The notes under the pieces were generated by a model. It did not search any database. It saw only the letters and a program-made list of their open reading frames with translations, and was not told the origin of the DNA. DNA of 64,000 nt from a virus. Shown here piece by piece: positions 18,967 through 29,104 of the stretch. Made by a program: the position numbers and the translations under genes. The stretch's first letter is position 1; every line of letters begins with the position of its first letter. The DNA lies in IMG/VR virus record IMGVR_UViG_3300033149_002975, positions 38,812 through 102,811 of that record, one strand, 5' to 3'.

Positions 18967-21900
18967 TTATCTCTTTAAAAGCTTTCTAAGCAAATCTACA
19001 CCGCGTGAAGGAACAATAAAATCTTGTGGTTGCCTGGTTTCTTCCAATTTTTTGTCATTTTTCTTGATACGCACCGCTTCCGATATTTTTATTGATGGAT
19101 AAGCAGCGTGCACGGCACGTTTTACTTTATCCTGTAAACTCTTTAAGGACCCAGAATACCAAGGTGGTGACGACTTATAATGCTTACAATACGATAAAGC
19201 GGCCCTTGCTTGCTTGGCGGTATTAATTGGAAAATGATCTTTTTTGTCTTTTGATTTTTCTGCAGGAAATACGACCTTACCTCTATTACGGTTTTCGGCT
19301 TTTGGATTCAATTTCCTACCGGTTTTCTTGGAAACCATTGCTTCTCGTAATTTATTCATTTTTAACCCCTTTTCATTCATTGATTCCTTTAAAATCGGTG
19401 CTTCTACGCCCGGACTACCAAAAATATCTGGGCTTCCATAATACATCAACAAATCTGATACTCTATACGGTAATGGTTTTTTCATCCATTCTTCCTCTGA
19501 TCCTGCACCGGAAAACTTCACTACATCCTTGATATTAAACCGCCCACCATTTTCTATTAATTCTTTAAGATCATCCTCTGAAAATTCAGTAATGGAAAAT
19601 TTAGTATATTCATCAGGGTTTTCTTCACCGCCGTGTTGTGTTCCATAAATAAACAAGAAATTCCCATTACCCAAGTCTTTATGTATCAAACCATAATTGT
19701 AAAGACTTATTTCAACATTCGCATCAACGGAACCTTCAAAACCGTCATCAATGGCCCTAGTTAACGTGTAATCATTTGGAATTTCTTTCATAGTCTCATT
19801 AATTTTTGATTCTTTCAACATACCGGAATAAACATAAAATTTATTATCTATATCTATTACATAATCATAATTATCTGCATCTTCTTTAGCAACCTCGACC
19901 CATTCCGACAATTCGTCATTGTTCACATTAAACAGTATTACATACCCATTGTATTCTTCTATCAATTTATAACCGGAATCTTCAATCAAATCGATATGTT
20001 CGTTAATATTGGATTCATTTCTTGGTTTAAATTGACCCTCCCCACGCCTGGCTTGGTCCTCAGTTCTCTTTAATTCATCGCCGTGCAAAATGTAAGGATT
20101 TTCCTCATCTTCATCAGATTCCTCATCATTATTTTCCTCAGCACTCTGCTTGACCAAATCATCATATTCCTCTTGTTCCATATATGACAAGGCATCCAAT
20201 GCCAATTCCCGCAAACCTTCTTCCGACAATTCACCTTCTGAATTTCTCCACATAGAAGCAAAGTCCGAGTCAAAACGAAATTCACGACCATTTATGCTTA
20301 TCACTGTATCCAGTGTTCCATCATCTTCCAAATAAACATCAAATTCATTCGTTCCATCAGAAACTTTCATTTCAATTAACGGCTTATTCATTTTCGACTC
20401 TTTAAGAGACATGCTTCTCAACCATGCATGAATTTCCGGTTTATTATAATCAGTAAATAATGAAGACCTTATATAATCATTTATTTTGTCAATACTGCTA
20501 TTATTTGGTGTAAGCCCGCCGCTCCAATCCTTGAAATCAGCTATTATTGCATTTTTAGCATCCTCTGACAACAAATCGTTGGGACATTTTTCCCCTCTCA
20601 TTTTTCTTACACCTTTATCCCCATAAATGCTTCTTTGTGCAGAATCTTTGTATGGGCCAGTACCATCCCTTTTACCACGAATATTTTTTCCTTCACTAAT
20701 CTGTTTTAAAATTTTTGATGCCAAATCAATTTTTGATTGCAATTCGTTGATATCATCAAACGTCAACTTATAAGTTTTTATCAAGGTATCTATTACTAAA
20801 CGAGTTGTGTCCAAAGCCATATTTTCTCTTTTTTTAGTTGGATCACTCTTTACTTTAATTATGGCATCTGATACAATTTTTGCAATCTCTTCATCGTTTG
20901 GCAACGCCACTTTTTCAACAATATCTTTCATCATTTTAATCTTAAAACCCCTATCATCACATTGTGGACAAATACCACCTCTTCTTAGTTCAGAGTATTT
21001 AGCTTTATATCCACACATCGGACAAATGTATTCATCGGCTAGCAACCCCGCTTTTTCAACAATTTTCGATTCCTTTTTCTCCCTTTCAATCTCTGCCGGG
21101 TGTGGCGGCGGCTCAACTTTTGATCCTTTTTCCCCCGTATTTTCCTCTTCTTCTGGCTCTTCCTCTTCTTCTGGCTCTTCCTCTTCTTCTGGCTCTTCCT
21201 CCGGTTCTGGTGCTTCTTCTTCAGGCATTATATAATTCATCACTACATCCCTAGTTACTGAATCTATATCAACATCCCTTATTACCGAAGCAACAAACCC
21301 ACGTATATCTTTAACATCCAATAATTTTTCTTTTGCAGAATAAACTTTATTGCCCTCCTGATCAACCAATTGCAAATCCCCATCATCGGTCGTTACCATA
21401 TAATAATGGTTGTCTTCCGATTCCCCTACATATTCCTTCTCAATTGGGGCTTCTTCTGGTTCCGTATCAGTATCGGCCTTTTTCCCTAATTCCTGCTCTG
21501 GTCTAAATTTAGGTTTGTGTTCTGTTTTTGGTTTCAGTTCTTTGGGGATATCTTCATAGTTGGGTTCTTCTACATCCCCTTTTATTTCATCTTCATTAAC
21601 TCTAGACTCATCAACAATCAATGAACTAGATTCCGCGAATTTATCATAAAAAGCAATAAACCTATCTATCGCTTCTTCAACATTTTTTACAAAACGTTTA
21701 CTGTTCCTATCTTTCGTAGTATAGAATTGTGCAAGATTAAACTCTGGAGTATCAACGGAAACGTAAAAACCATCATCACGCTTTTTTACTTTAACATCTT
21801 TTCTCTCTATTCCTTCATTAACTTTGGATTCGGTGGCCTTTGCCAATTTTTTAACTTTTCTAGCAAACCTATTGATCCATCTTTCCTCACCGGTATCTTT

Positions 21901-22263
21901 TATGCGAATTTTTAATGATCTATTATCGGGACTTATATCCAAAATTTCGGCGTCGGACCATTGTTTGCCGCCTTTAGTAACAGCTTGTGATCCACCCACC
22001 GGGACTTTGACTATTTCACCGATTTTATAGGTTAATTTTCTATATATGTCTGGATCCGGAATATTGGATTCACCCACCAATGAATTGCGAATATTCTCTA
22101 CAGTTGTTATTCTCGTCGATTTATTAACCGATCGCAGCTTTCTGCTACCGACAGCAATTCTTTCAAAAAGCGACATATTGGGGTCTTTAAATTTTTTGGA
22201 ACTCGTCAACGAACTGTCTTTTATCCCCCTGCGCCTTTTTGCCAAATCTTCAAATAAGCTCAT
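18967..22263 (-). CDS. Putative cargo polyprotein, 1098 aa
   Basis: Linkers ESKVNE, ESRVNE, ESKIVE, ESNINE, ESKINE, ESMNE separate 40-150 aa segments (SH3/KOW-like, CPMC..CPQC, HFPINTAKQARAALSY). Confidence 0.65.
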   Translation of the reverse strand: MSLFEDLAKRRRGIKDSSLTSSKKFKDPNMSLFERIAVGSRKLRSVNKSTRITTVENIRNSLVGESNIPDPDIYRKLTYKIGEIVKVPVGGSQAVTKGGKQWSDAEILDISPDNRSLKIRIKDTGEERWINRFARKVKKLAKATESKVNEGIERKDVKVKKRDDGFYVSVDTPEFNLAQFYTTKDRNSKRFVKNVEEAIDRFIAFYDKFAESSSLIVDESRVNEDEIKGDVEEPNYEDIPKELKPKTEHKPKFRPEQELGKKADTDTEPEEAPIEKEYVGESEDNHYYMVTTDDGDLQLVDQEGNKVYSAKEKLLDVKDIRGFVASVIRDVDIDSVTRDVVMNYIMPEEEAPEPEEEPEEEEEPEEEEEPEEEENTGEKGSKVEPPPHPAEIEREKKESKIVEKAGLLADEYICPMCGYKAKYSELRRGGICPQCDDRGFKIKMMKDIVEKVALPNDEEIAKIVSDAIIKVKSDPTKKRENMALDTTRLVIDTLIKTYKLTFDDINELQSKIDLASKILKQISEGKNIRGKRDGTGPYKDSAQRSIYGDKGVRKMRGEKCPNDLLSEDAKNAIIADFKDWSGGLTPNNSSIDKINDYIRSSLFTDYNKPEIHAWLRSMSLKESKMNKPLIEMKVSDGTNEFDVYLEDDGTLDTVISINGREFRFDSDFASMWRNSEGELSEEGLRELALDALSYMEQEEYDDLVKQSAEENNDEESDEDEENPYILHGDELKRTEDQARRGEGQFKPRNESNINEHIDLIEDSGYKLIEEYNGYVILFNVNNDELSEWVEVAKEDADNYDYVIDIDNKFYVYSGMLKESKINETMKEIPNDYTLTRAIDDGFEGSVDANVEISLYNYGLIHKDLGNGNFLFIYGTQHGGEENPDEYTKFSITEFSEDDLKELIENGGRFNIKDVVKFSGAGSEEEWMKKPLPYRVSDLLMYYGSPDIFGSPGVEAPILKESMNEKGLKMNKLREAMVSKKTGRKLNPKAENRNRGKVVFPAEKSKDKKDHFPINTAKQARAALSYCKHYKSSPPWYSGSLKSLQDKVKRAVHAAYPSIKISEAVRIKKNDKKLEETRQPQDFIVPSRGVDLLRKLLKR
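21141..21220 (-). repeat. 18-bp tandem repeat encoding a PEEEEE acidic tract
   Basis: ttcctcttcttctggctc repeated three times. Confidence 0.8.
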
Positions 22264-22285
22264 ATATTTATTCCTTATTTTTTAA

Positions 22286-22606
22286 TTAAAAACCAAAAAT
22301 ATCTCCATTTGTAAAAGTCTTTTGCTTCTTAACGTCATCGGTATTTGCCGGTTCAGACCCATCCATTTTACTAACCACGTAATCATATCTGTGGCCTTTT
22401 GGTAAATCATCCGGAACCACCACCGGAAATTGGCCGTTCGTACCGGTTTCTATTAACATTATTGCCTGATCCCCATAATCCGGCAAATCAGCAAGCTTTT
22501 TATTCGTGTTATCCCATATCTGTCCGGTATCCGCCTCAATAAACCTAACATAATACGAATTTCCAGTATGTCCCTGAACGTCATATAAAGTATCAACAAT
22601 ATACAT
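22286..22606 (-). CDS. Hypothetical beta-rich virion protein (start reassigned to MYIVD)
   Basis: ATG at 22606 after AAGGG; avoids overlap with the upstream ORF. Confidence 0.5.
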   Translation of the reverse strand: MYIVDTLYDVQGHTGNSYYVRFIEADTGQIWDNTNKKLADLPDYGDQAIMLIETGTNGQFPVVVPDDLPKGHRYDYVVSKMDGSEPANTDDVKKQKTFTNGDIFGF

Positions 22607-22617
22607 CAATTTACCCT

Positions 22618-22803
22618 TTAATTTAATGAATAAAGTAATATTATACCAACCGCCAATGAAAAAGCTCCGGTTAACGCAGCGCCCAGAGCAGTGATGGTGA
22701 CCATCCAATGATGTTGTAAATGATTTGTAAATTGCTTAGACACTTCGTCCAATTTTACAATAACTTCTATTAATAAGTCGTGATCTGATTTTTTTAACGG
22801 CAT
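22618..22803 (-). CDS. Small membrane protein (coiled coil plus C-terminal TM; possibly lysis-related)
   Basis: DHDLLIEVIVKLD..NHLQHH followed by a hydrophobic C-terminus. Confidence 0.45.
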   Translation of the reverse strand: MPLKKSDHDLLIEVIVKLDEVSKQFTNHLQHHWMVTITALGAALTGAFSLAVGIILLYSLN

Positions 22804-22818
22804 AATACACCCAATCAA

Positions 22819-24351
22819 TTATTCATCTATTACTTTATTATCACTAGTAACTACCAATTCATCAGCAATTGCTGATTCACCGTCTATTAATATATCAATA
22901 CCCAACAACTTATCGCCGGTGGCAACCACGGTTTCAGGTTCTGGCTCAGGTTCGGGTTCCGGGGCCCCACCAAACACCCGCAATAATGGATAAGTTTCTG
23001 ATTCAGTTATCCACCAATCATTGTCAAAATCCCAATTGGTGAATGTTGCTTGCTGTTTCATTTCGGCGGTAGTCTTACCTTCAGCGTCCCCTTCATCCTC
23101 AGCACCACCGTCCACGGCTACCCCTGAAGTTTCAATATTCCAAAAAGAATTCGTTGCATATTGGGCAAATGTTGCGTCGTTAATATCTACTTCAACACCA
23201 GAAGCTATATTACCATTAAATTCCAAATCTATAAGAATGGAATCATCATCACTATCAAGTATGTTATACCACCCATCTGTATATTTGGCGTCATTAAATT
23301 CAACGGCTGCATACATTGAACCGGGAACCGTATTCTTGAATTCACCAGATTTGGTAAGTAAAACCTTGCCCCCTACACCTTCCGTTACCGCACAATGAGG
23401 ACTGGAAGTATAATCCACCAAATTCCAATGTAAATTTCCACAAAAACCACCAATGCGGGTCTTAGAAGATTGATCCCCTATATGGGTAAGTTTTCCCAAT
23501 GAATAACAATTGACACAATCCGTATTTATACTATCGCTACCTACAAAACCACCAAGATAGCACATAGAATCGGAAACAACCGTTACATCCACATCTGTCC
23601 AACAATTTAAGAAATACCCATTATTTGATTGTCCTATAAATCCAGCACCTATTGATGAAGAAACAATGGTCCCAGTAACATAACAATTTTTCACCGGAAA
23701 ACCTTTAGAAATACCAAAACCGAGACAAGCACCAATCATACCGGCACCGGATTTACAAGTAATATCAATATCTACCAACCCCAAATTTTTGATGGGGTTG
23801 TCGGTAAGAGAAGAATCTTGTCCTACGGATACATCTACCCCATTAGGTATAACGTGATTGAAGGGTAAATCAAGCACAATATAATCGTCATTAACCCCAA
23901 TTATATCATATGTACCATTTTCATACCAAATACTAACAAAATCTACAATCGCTTTCATTCCAACTTTTGAATGACCAAATCTGCCGGCCTGCGTTATCCT
24001 AACGTTGCCACCGTCATCCGACACTGCACCATCATCACAACTATCGACATCGGCTCCACTAACCGGATCTACTGCACCAAACAAACCCTGATTAACTTCG
24101 GTCGGACGATTTATTTTCATATTGGATATTATATGTCCTTGGCCGTCAAAAAATCCATTGAAAAAATCGCCGGAATTCCAAGATCCTATAGGCCACCAAC
24201 CCGTACCGTCCCCTTTTGGATCAACGCCTGTTAAATCCAAATCAGTGGTAAGTTTAAATAAATTGTCTTTCCATAATTTTCCGGCAAACTTCCCGGAAAG
24301 CAAGGTAAGATCAATTAAATCTTGAACGGAATCTATTGTGTACTCAGCCAC
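22819..24351 (-). CDS. GLUG-motif beta-helical protein with two inserted repeat domains and a PE linker
   Basis: FDGQGHIISNM, GLFG, IKNLGL, GGFVG/GGFCG, NSFWNIETSG, GKTTAEMKQQATFTNWDF, YPLL. Confidence 0.8.
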   Translation of the reverse strand: MAEYTIDSVQDLIDLTLLSGKFAGKLWKDNLFKLTTDLDLTGVDPKGDGTGWWPIGSWNSGDFFNGFFDGQGHIISNMKINRPTEVNQGLFGAVDPVSGADVDSCDDGAVSDDGGNVRITQAGRFGHSKVGMKAIVDFVSIWYENGTYDIIGVNDDYIVLDLPFNHVIPNGVDVSVGQDSSLTDNPIKNLGLVDIDITCKSGAGMIGACLGFGISKGFPVKNCYVTGTIVSSSIGAGFIGQSNNGYFLNCWTDVDVTVVSDSMCYLGGFVGSDSINTDCVNCYSLGKLTHIGDQSSKTRIGGFCGNLHWNLVDYTSSPHCAVTEGVGGKVLLTKSGEFKNTVPGSMYAAVEFNDAKYTDGWYNILDSDDDSILIDLEFNGNIASGVEVDINDATFAQYATNSFWNIETSGVAVDGGAEDEGDAEGKTTAEMKQQATFTNWDFDNDWWITESETYPLLRVFGGAPEPEPEPEPETVVATGDKLLGIDILIDGESAIADELVVTSDNKVIDE

Positions 24352-24359
24352 CTATTAAT

Positions 24360-24572
24360 TTATTCCTTTTTCTCGTTTAAATTTTGTTTTTTTAAAATTT
24401 TCTTTGATTCGTTTGTCCCATCGCCAATATCCGCTGCCGGTATTTCCTTATCTTTTGTCAAACTTAATATTTTGGCTACCGATTGTAGATTCTGTACACC
24501 GCCTTGCTTCAGCGCGATATCACACAACTGAACAATAACTTCACGTCCTTCTTTGTCAACTATTATTTCCAT
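24360..24572 (-). CDS. Hypothetical protein
   Basis: 70 aa ORF in the operon. Confidence 0.5.
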   Translation of the reverse strand: MEIIVDKEGREVIVQLCDIALKQGGVQNLQSVAKILSLTKDKEIPAADIGDGTNESKKILKKQNLNEKKE

Positions 24573-24993
24573 TATTCGCCCCCTTTAATATTGAATTGTA
24601 TATTTCTTCGTTTAAACGTTCCTGAATTGCAGGAATCAACATTCTGAATTCCAAATTACCTTGCTGGCATTCTATAATTACATGCGTCAAAAGACTCGAC
24701 AAACCCTTTGCCACCGTAAATCCGTCAATTTTTTCTTCCACCCCTTCGTGAATCTTTTTCCCACGGCATATTTGAAGAAGCGTTCTATAAATGTGCTTTT
24801 TATCCTTCAATTTTCCAATGATTTCCGCGGATAGATGATCCGGCGTTGGTAATTTTAAAATTTCTTGTTCACATAGTTCATATGAATGGTTAGTAAATAA
24901 TCTCATCGCCTTATCAACGATTTTTTGATACTTGGTCCCCGAAAGATAAATCTCGGCTTCCATTAATTTGGATAAAAGCTCTGCATTAATCAT
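24556..24993 (-). CDS. Hypothetical protein with leader-like N-terminus
   Basis: MINAELLSKLME-A. Confidence 0.5.
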   Translation of the reverse strand: MINAELLSKLMEAEIYLSGTKYQKIVDKAMRLFTNHSYELCEQEILKLPTPDHLSAEIIGKLKDKKHIYRTLLQICRGKKIHEGVEEKIDGFTVAKGLSSLLTHVIIECQQGNLEFRMLIPAIQERLNEEIYNSILKGANNGNNS

Positions 24994-25007
24994 TTTGTAT
25001 CATTCCA

Positions 25008-25868
25008 TCAGCGTTTTGTAAATCGGCGTTTCCGCAAATCAACGTGCCGCAAACTGGGTGGTGTTTCCAATGAATCATTATTTTCTTCATCAATTCTGGA
25101 TTCAACTGCGGGGGTTGGCTTCGTTAACTTCGCCAATGCTTCATCAGCCCACTTCTCACCTTCAAATTCAGCCAAAACTTTGGGACCAATATTTTCACCA
25201 CGTTTCAATCTCGCCTGTAATATCTCTCGTCGCCTTGCTTTTGCTGCGTCTGCTAATGGTTTTGGCTCCAATTCCGAAGCGTATCTTTTACCGTATTTTC
25301 TATCCCACGCTTGTTGTCTGATAAGTTGCTTATCCTGTTGAATTGCGGTAGCATGTGGGTTTATTAATGGACGAGGCGGTATTTCTGTAACTTTATCGGA
25401 TTCTGTGATATCCGTTTCTTCTGGTTCCACAGCACGTTGTAATATTTTGAGAAATTTTCTGCCCCATTCTCTGTCGTATTCTTTCATTTCTTCCGACAAT
25501 TCTTCATACGGTTTAAAGCATTCATCGTTCCAACGTTTAGCTCGTTCTTCACTTATTGCTTCGGTCTTTAAAATATCTTTAGCCCACGACATCCATTCTT
25601 CATGAACCAATGCCGACACTTTTTCCAATAAATCGCTCGGTTCGTCAGATTCCGCATCAACTTCTTTCAAGTATATATCGGAGACTACGGTTTTTTTGCC
25701 CTTGGTGGTAATTGCATCTATTACATAATCTTCAGCAGCCGCTTCTTCTTTTATACTTGGGTCGGTGGTTTCTATCAATATTTCCACCCGAAACGTTCTC
25801 TTAACGGCCGTGGCTTCCTGAAACCTTCTCAATCTATCGCCATCTATTACTTTATCAAAAATGCTCAT
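25008..25868 (-). CDS. Putative cargo polyprotein (start reassigned to MSIFDKVID)
   Basis: Leader resembles that of 25897..27270; VHEEWMSW..PYEELSEEMKEYDR (RyR-like motif); ITE-S and ESRIDE sites. Confidence 0.6.
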   Translation of the reverse strand: MSIFDKVIDGDRLRRFQEATAVKRTFRVEILIETTDPSIKEEAAAEDYVIDAITTKGKKTVVSDIYLKEVDAESDEPSDLLEKVSALVHEEWMSWAKDILKTEAISEERAKRWNDECFKPYEELSEEMKEYDREWGRKFLKILQRAVEPEETDITESDKVTEIPPRPLINPHATAIQQDKQLIRQQAWDRKYGKRYASELEPKPLADAAKARRREILQARLKRGENIGPKVLAEFEGEKWADEALAKLTKPTPAVESRIDEENNDSLETPPSLRHVDLRKRRFTKR

Positions 25869-25896
25869 AAAATTACACACTGGTTGAAAACATTAA

Positions 25897-27270
25897 TTAT
25901 TCTGTTTTGGTCGATTTATCCTCCGGTAATCTGGCACCGCGTAGATCGGCACCGCTCAACATTTCGTTTTTTGGCATCTTTGCACCAGACAAATCAGCAC
26001 CACGTAGATCGGCATCTTGTAAATCAGCCTTCTGTAAATCAGCACCAGGTAAGTCGGCGTTTCGTAAATCGGCGTTTCGCAAATCGGCGCCCCGTAGATC
26101 GGCGTCTTGTAAATTGGCATACGCCAAATCGACTTTTTGCAAATTGGCACCTTGCAAATTGGCACCATATAAATCCACATATGGTAGTCTAGCCCCCTGC
26201 AAATCAACATTCTGTAGATCGGCACTTCGTAGATTGGCACTGTGTAAATCGGCACCATGTAGATCGACACCCTGCAAATCAGCGCCGTGTAGATCTGCGC
26301 CGTGTAGATCTGCGTCTGGTTTTATTTTATATCCACGAACCTCAATTGGACGGGGTGGTATTCCCGTACCCCCTTCCTCATTAACTATTTCCTTCCGAAG
26401 AGATCTAAATATCTTACCAAATTCTTTCCATTTATTGCCTGGTATTTTTGATTCATTTCGATAAGTTGGTATCAAACTACTTAATTTATAATTCTTAATA
26501 AGTCCTAAACTGTTCAATTTATATCCACTAAATCCATGCCTTTTAAGTTCCGAAACCAATTTATCAATAACTTTATCCGCCGCATAATCCCCATCATCCA
26601 TAGAAAAATTGGAAGTAAATTCTATATCAAAAGTTTTTTGACCCAGATTGGGTGTTGCACACGTAACATTGGCTATATAATTATATGGTGCCCCATAAGC
26701 CTTGGCGGATTCTGTAACGGTCGGTTTATCCTTTGGCAATTTGGCGACCAGCAAATTGGCACCATCCATCAATCTGTCGTCTGGCATTTTAGCACCACGT
26801 AAATCAGCGTGATATAAATCAGCGTTTCGCAAATTGGCTCCTTCCAAATTAGCGCCCTGTAGGTTGGCTCCCTGTAGGTTGGCTCCCTGTAGGTTGGCGT
26901 ATTGCAATTTGGCTCCTTTCAAATCGACACCACGTAAATCAGCACCACGTAAATCGACACCACGTAAATCAGCACCACGTAAATTGGTATCCCGCAGGTT
27001 AGCGTTCCGTAAAGTGGCGCCATAAAATTTAACATCGTGTAAATCGGCGCCCGACAAATTGGTGTTTTGTAAATAGGCACCCTGTAAATTGGCGTCGTGT
27101 AGATCAATGCCCGACAAATCGGCGTCTGGGAAATAAACACTGTGTAAATCGGCACCGGGTTTTGCTTCGTATCCATTAATCTTAATGGGTGGTGCAGATT
27201 CCGTTAATGATTTTGATTCAGCTAACCTTTTTATTTTACCATCATCTACTATTTTATCAATAATGCCCAT
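25897..27270 (-). CDS. Putative cargo polyprotein with two pentapeptide-repeat domains
   Basis: A[DN]LxG repeats in two blocks; LAES/LTES, VTES, RNES and IVNE sites at domain borders. Confidence 0.85.
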   Translation of the reverse strand: MGIIDKIVDDGKIKRLAESKSLTESAPPIKINGYEAKPGADLHSVYFPDADLSGIDLHDANLQGAYLQNTNLSGADLHDVKFYGATLRNANLRDTNLRGADLRGVDLRGADLRGVDLKGAKLQYANLQGANLQGANLQGANLEGANLRNADLYHADLRGAKMPDDRLMDGANLLVAKLPKDKPTVTESAKAYGAPYNYIANVTCATPNLGQKTFDIEFTSNFSMDDGDYAADKVIDKLVSELKRHGFSGYKLNSLGLIKNYKLSSLIPTYRNESKIPGNKWKEFGKIFRSLRKEIVNEEGGTGIPPRPIEVRGYKIKPDADLHGADLHGADLQGVDLHGADLHSANLRSADLQNVDLQGARLPYVDLYGANLQGANLQKVDLAYANLQDADLRGADLRNADLRNADLPGADLQKADLQDADLRGADLSGAKMPKNEMLSGADLRGARLPEDKSTKTE

Positions 27271-27280
27271 TACTATTTCC

Positions 27281-27985
27281 TCAATTCAAGGGTATCAACA
27301 CTTTTTGCATTTTATATTTACGTAATACTTTATTAATTTCAGTAGTTGGGACGCTCCACGACACGCCTCTGCCACCCAATACCACGATGCCGACCATTAG
27401 ATTTTTATAATACAAACCGCCACCAGAATCGCCTTGGTGTACTGAATAATTACAAAATATGTACGATGTATCAACCCCTAATACTTTATTGAATACCAAT
27501 CTGCGAAAATTGTTTTTCCAGACTTTCCCATATATGATATCGTTGTCCCATATTCCTAAAGAGTTTCCTATGTTGTATACGTGCATTCCCTTTTTCAAAT
27601 CATTTGAATCCCCAAATTTCACGGCCGGTAAACCTTTTGCCGGAATCTTAATAAGCCCGACATCCGATACCTGACTTTCATAATAAACGGAAGTTTTAAA
27701 ACTTCTTCCATCATTCAAAGTTACTTTTATATAATTGGCATCTTTAACACAATGTCCGGCGGTCAATATTAAACCGTTGGGGTCTATGATTACCCCACTG
27801 CCTATCCACTGTTGTGATATTTGATACCCAGAATATTCAACACCTTCTATTAATACATTGTACGTTATTTGTTCTTTTGCTACGTGTCTTTCAACACATA
27901 AAGTAGTCGTTATATAAGTAGCAAATATTGCGCCAACCATCATTGTAGCAACCAACGAATTTTTAATCAATTTACCAATCATCAA
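27281..27985 (-). CDS. Trypsin-like (S1C/HtrA-type, no PDZ) serine protease with N-terminal TM/signal
   Basis: GSGVII, LTAGHC, DVGLIK, GDSGGG catalytic triad motifs. Confidence 0.88.
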   Translation of the reverse strand: MMIGKLIKNSLVATMMVGAIFATYITTTLCVERHVAKEQITYNVLIEGVEYSGYQISQQWIGSGVIIDPNGLILTAGHCVKDANYIKVTLNDGRSFKTSVYYESQVSDVGLIKIPAKGLPAVKFGDSNDLKKGMHVYNIGNSLGIWDNDIIYGKVWKNNFRRLVFNKVLGVDTSYIFCNYSVHQGDSGGGLYYKNLMVGIVVLGGRGVSWSVPTTEINKVLRKYKMQKVLIPLN

Positions 27986-28045
27986 CGATATCCCCAGTAT
28001 TTAACAATTTTATACAGTAAATAGCCTATACGTACTAAACAATAA

Positions 28046-28660
28046 CTAATTATTATTTGGAGTAGAATTTTCATTTGATGTCTTTGCTTTTGGCGATTGT
28101 ATACTATCAACAATGGCTTTTGTCCCAGGATTTTGTACAGAATCGTGGGCACATATAAAATCATACATAACAGTATCCATAGTTAATTCTTTTCTATCTT
28201 TCAGTGCTTTTTTGAATAAATCGCCGCCTTTTATTATTTCTTTTAGTGCCTGATCCTTGACTTTTAAAGCTTTTACCCGTTTGTAAATGGAAAGTATCAC
28301 CAACAACCCAACACCCACTATAAGAATAAGTGCCAGTATGTCAACATATAATTGTGGGATTAATTTTACACGTTCAACAAACAATGCCAATCCCAATATT
28401 GAACCACAACCCAAAACTCCGGCCATAAAATTTCTCCAACCCATTGCACCGGCAGCAACCGATATTCCTATCCCCAAAATCCCAGCAACATTTAACCAAT
28501 TCATTTCCTTAACGGTTTCTATGACTACTTGTGGAACATGTGGTGCGGGCGGCCCAACTATTGGGCCTTCAACGATTTCCGATTGCTGGCAGCCAACGAT
28601 AAATAGACAAAGAGAAAAAACTATTACTGTTAGAAATTTAATATATTTCACTATAACCAC
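28046..28660 (-). CDS. Membrane protein (lipobox-like FIVGC plus 3 TM segments)
   Basis: Hydrophobic segments; signal peptide ending in Cys. Confidence 0.55.
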   Translation of the reverse strand: MVIVKYIKFLTVIVFSLCLFIVGCQQSEIVEGPIVGPPAPHVPQVVIETVKEMNWLNVAGILGIGISVAAGAMGWRNFMAGVLGCGSILGLALFVERVKLIPQLYVDILALILIVGVGLLVILSIYKRVKALKVKDQALKEIIKGGDLFKKALKDRKELTMDTVMYDFICAHDSVQNPGTKAIVDSIQSPKAKTSNENSTPNNN

Positions 28661-29103
28661 CGACTTCCCCTTAAACTGGCGGAGATTGATACATAACGGT
28701 ATTCATCGCCCACCGGACCACATTCTTTATATTTTATCCATCGCTTATACCGAGCATTTGTATAAAGCTCAGTTGTCACCCCATAAGTTTTTCCACCAAA
28801 GTACAATCCAAATTTACCAATAGCTATCGATATAAACGGAAGAATAATAACGGGTATTCTGATAACAAACCAATATTCGCCACCTTTCCAGCAATTGTAA
28901 TTTATCCCAGACGTTGATTTTCTAAAAAGCCATTTCCAATAATCCCGTTTATAAAAACAAGGAACCGGCCGTAAAAGTTTTCCACACACTACGTGAAATC
29001 TTATCCCATATCCTTTCGGATGATACACAGTCTTATCGGAATCGTACCAAATACCTTTTTCAAAACTTCCAACAGTCAATGATATGCCATAAACTTTTTT
29101 CAT
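28651..29103 (-). CDS. Hypothetical protein
   Basis: 150 aa ORF in the operon. Confidence 0.5.
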   Translation of the reverse strand: MKKVYGISLTVGSFEKGIWYDSDKTVYHPKGYGIRFHVVCGKLLRPVPCFYKRDYWKWLFRKSTSGINYNCWKGGEYWFVIRIPVIILPFISIAIGKFGLYFGGKTYGVTTELYTNARYKRWIKYKECGPVGDEYRYVSISASLRGSRWL

Positions 29104-29104
29104 A

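Noticed and set aside
16812-21235. Long plus-strand ORFs antisense to the protease and the 1098-aa gene
   Set aside because: Ser/Phe-rich mirror translations of Glu/Lys-rich coding strands.
25884-27176. Overlapping alternative-frame and antisense ORFs over pentapeptide genes (also 34021..34527, 37360..37895)
   Set aside because: Shadow ORFs caused by 15-bp periodic coding sequence; no RBS or independent features.
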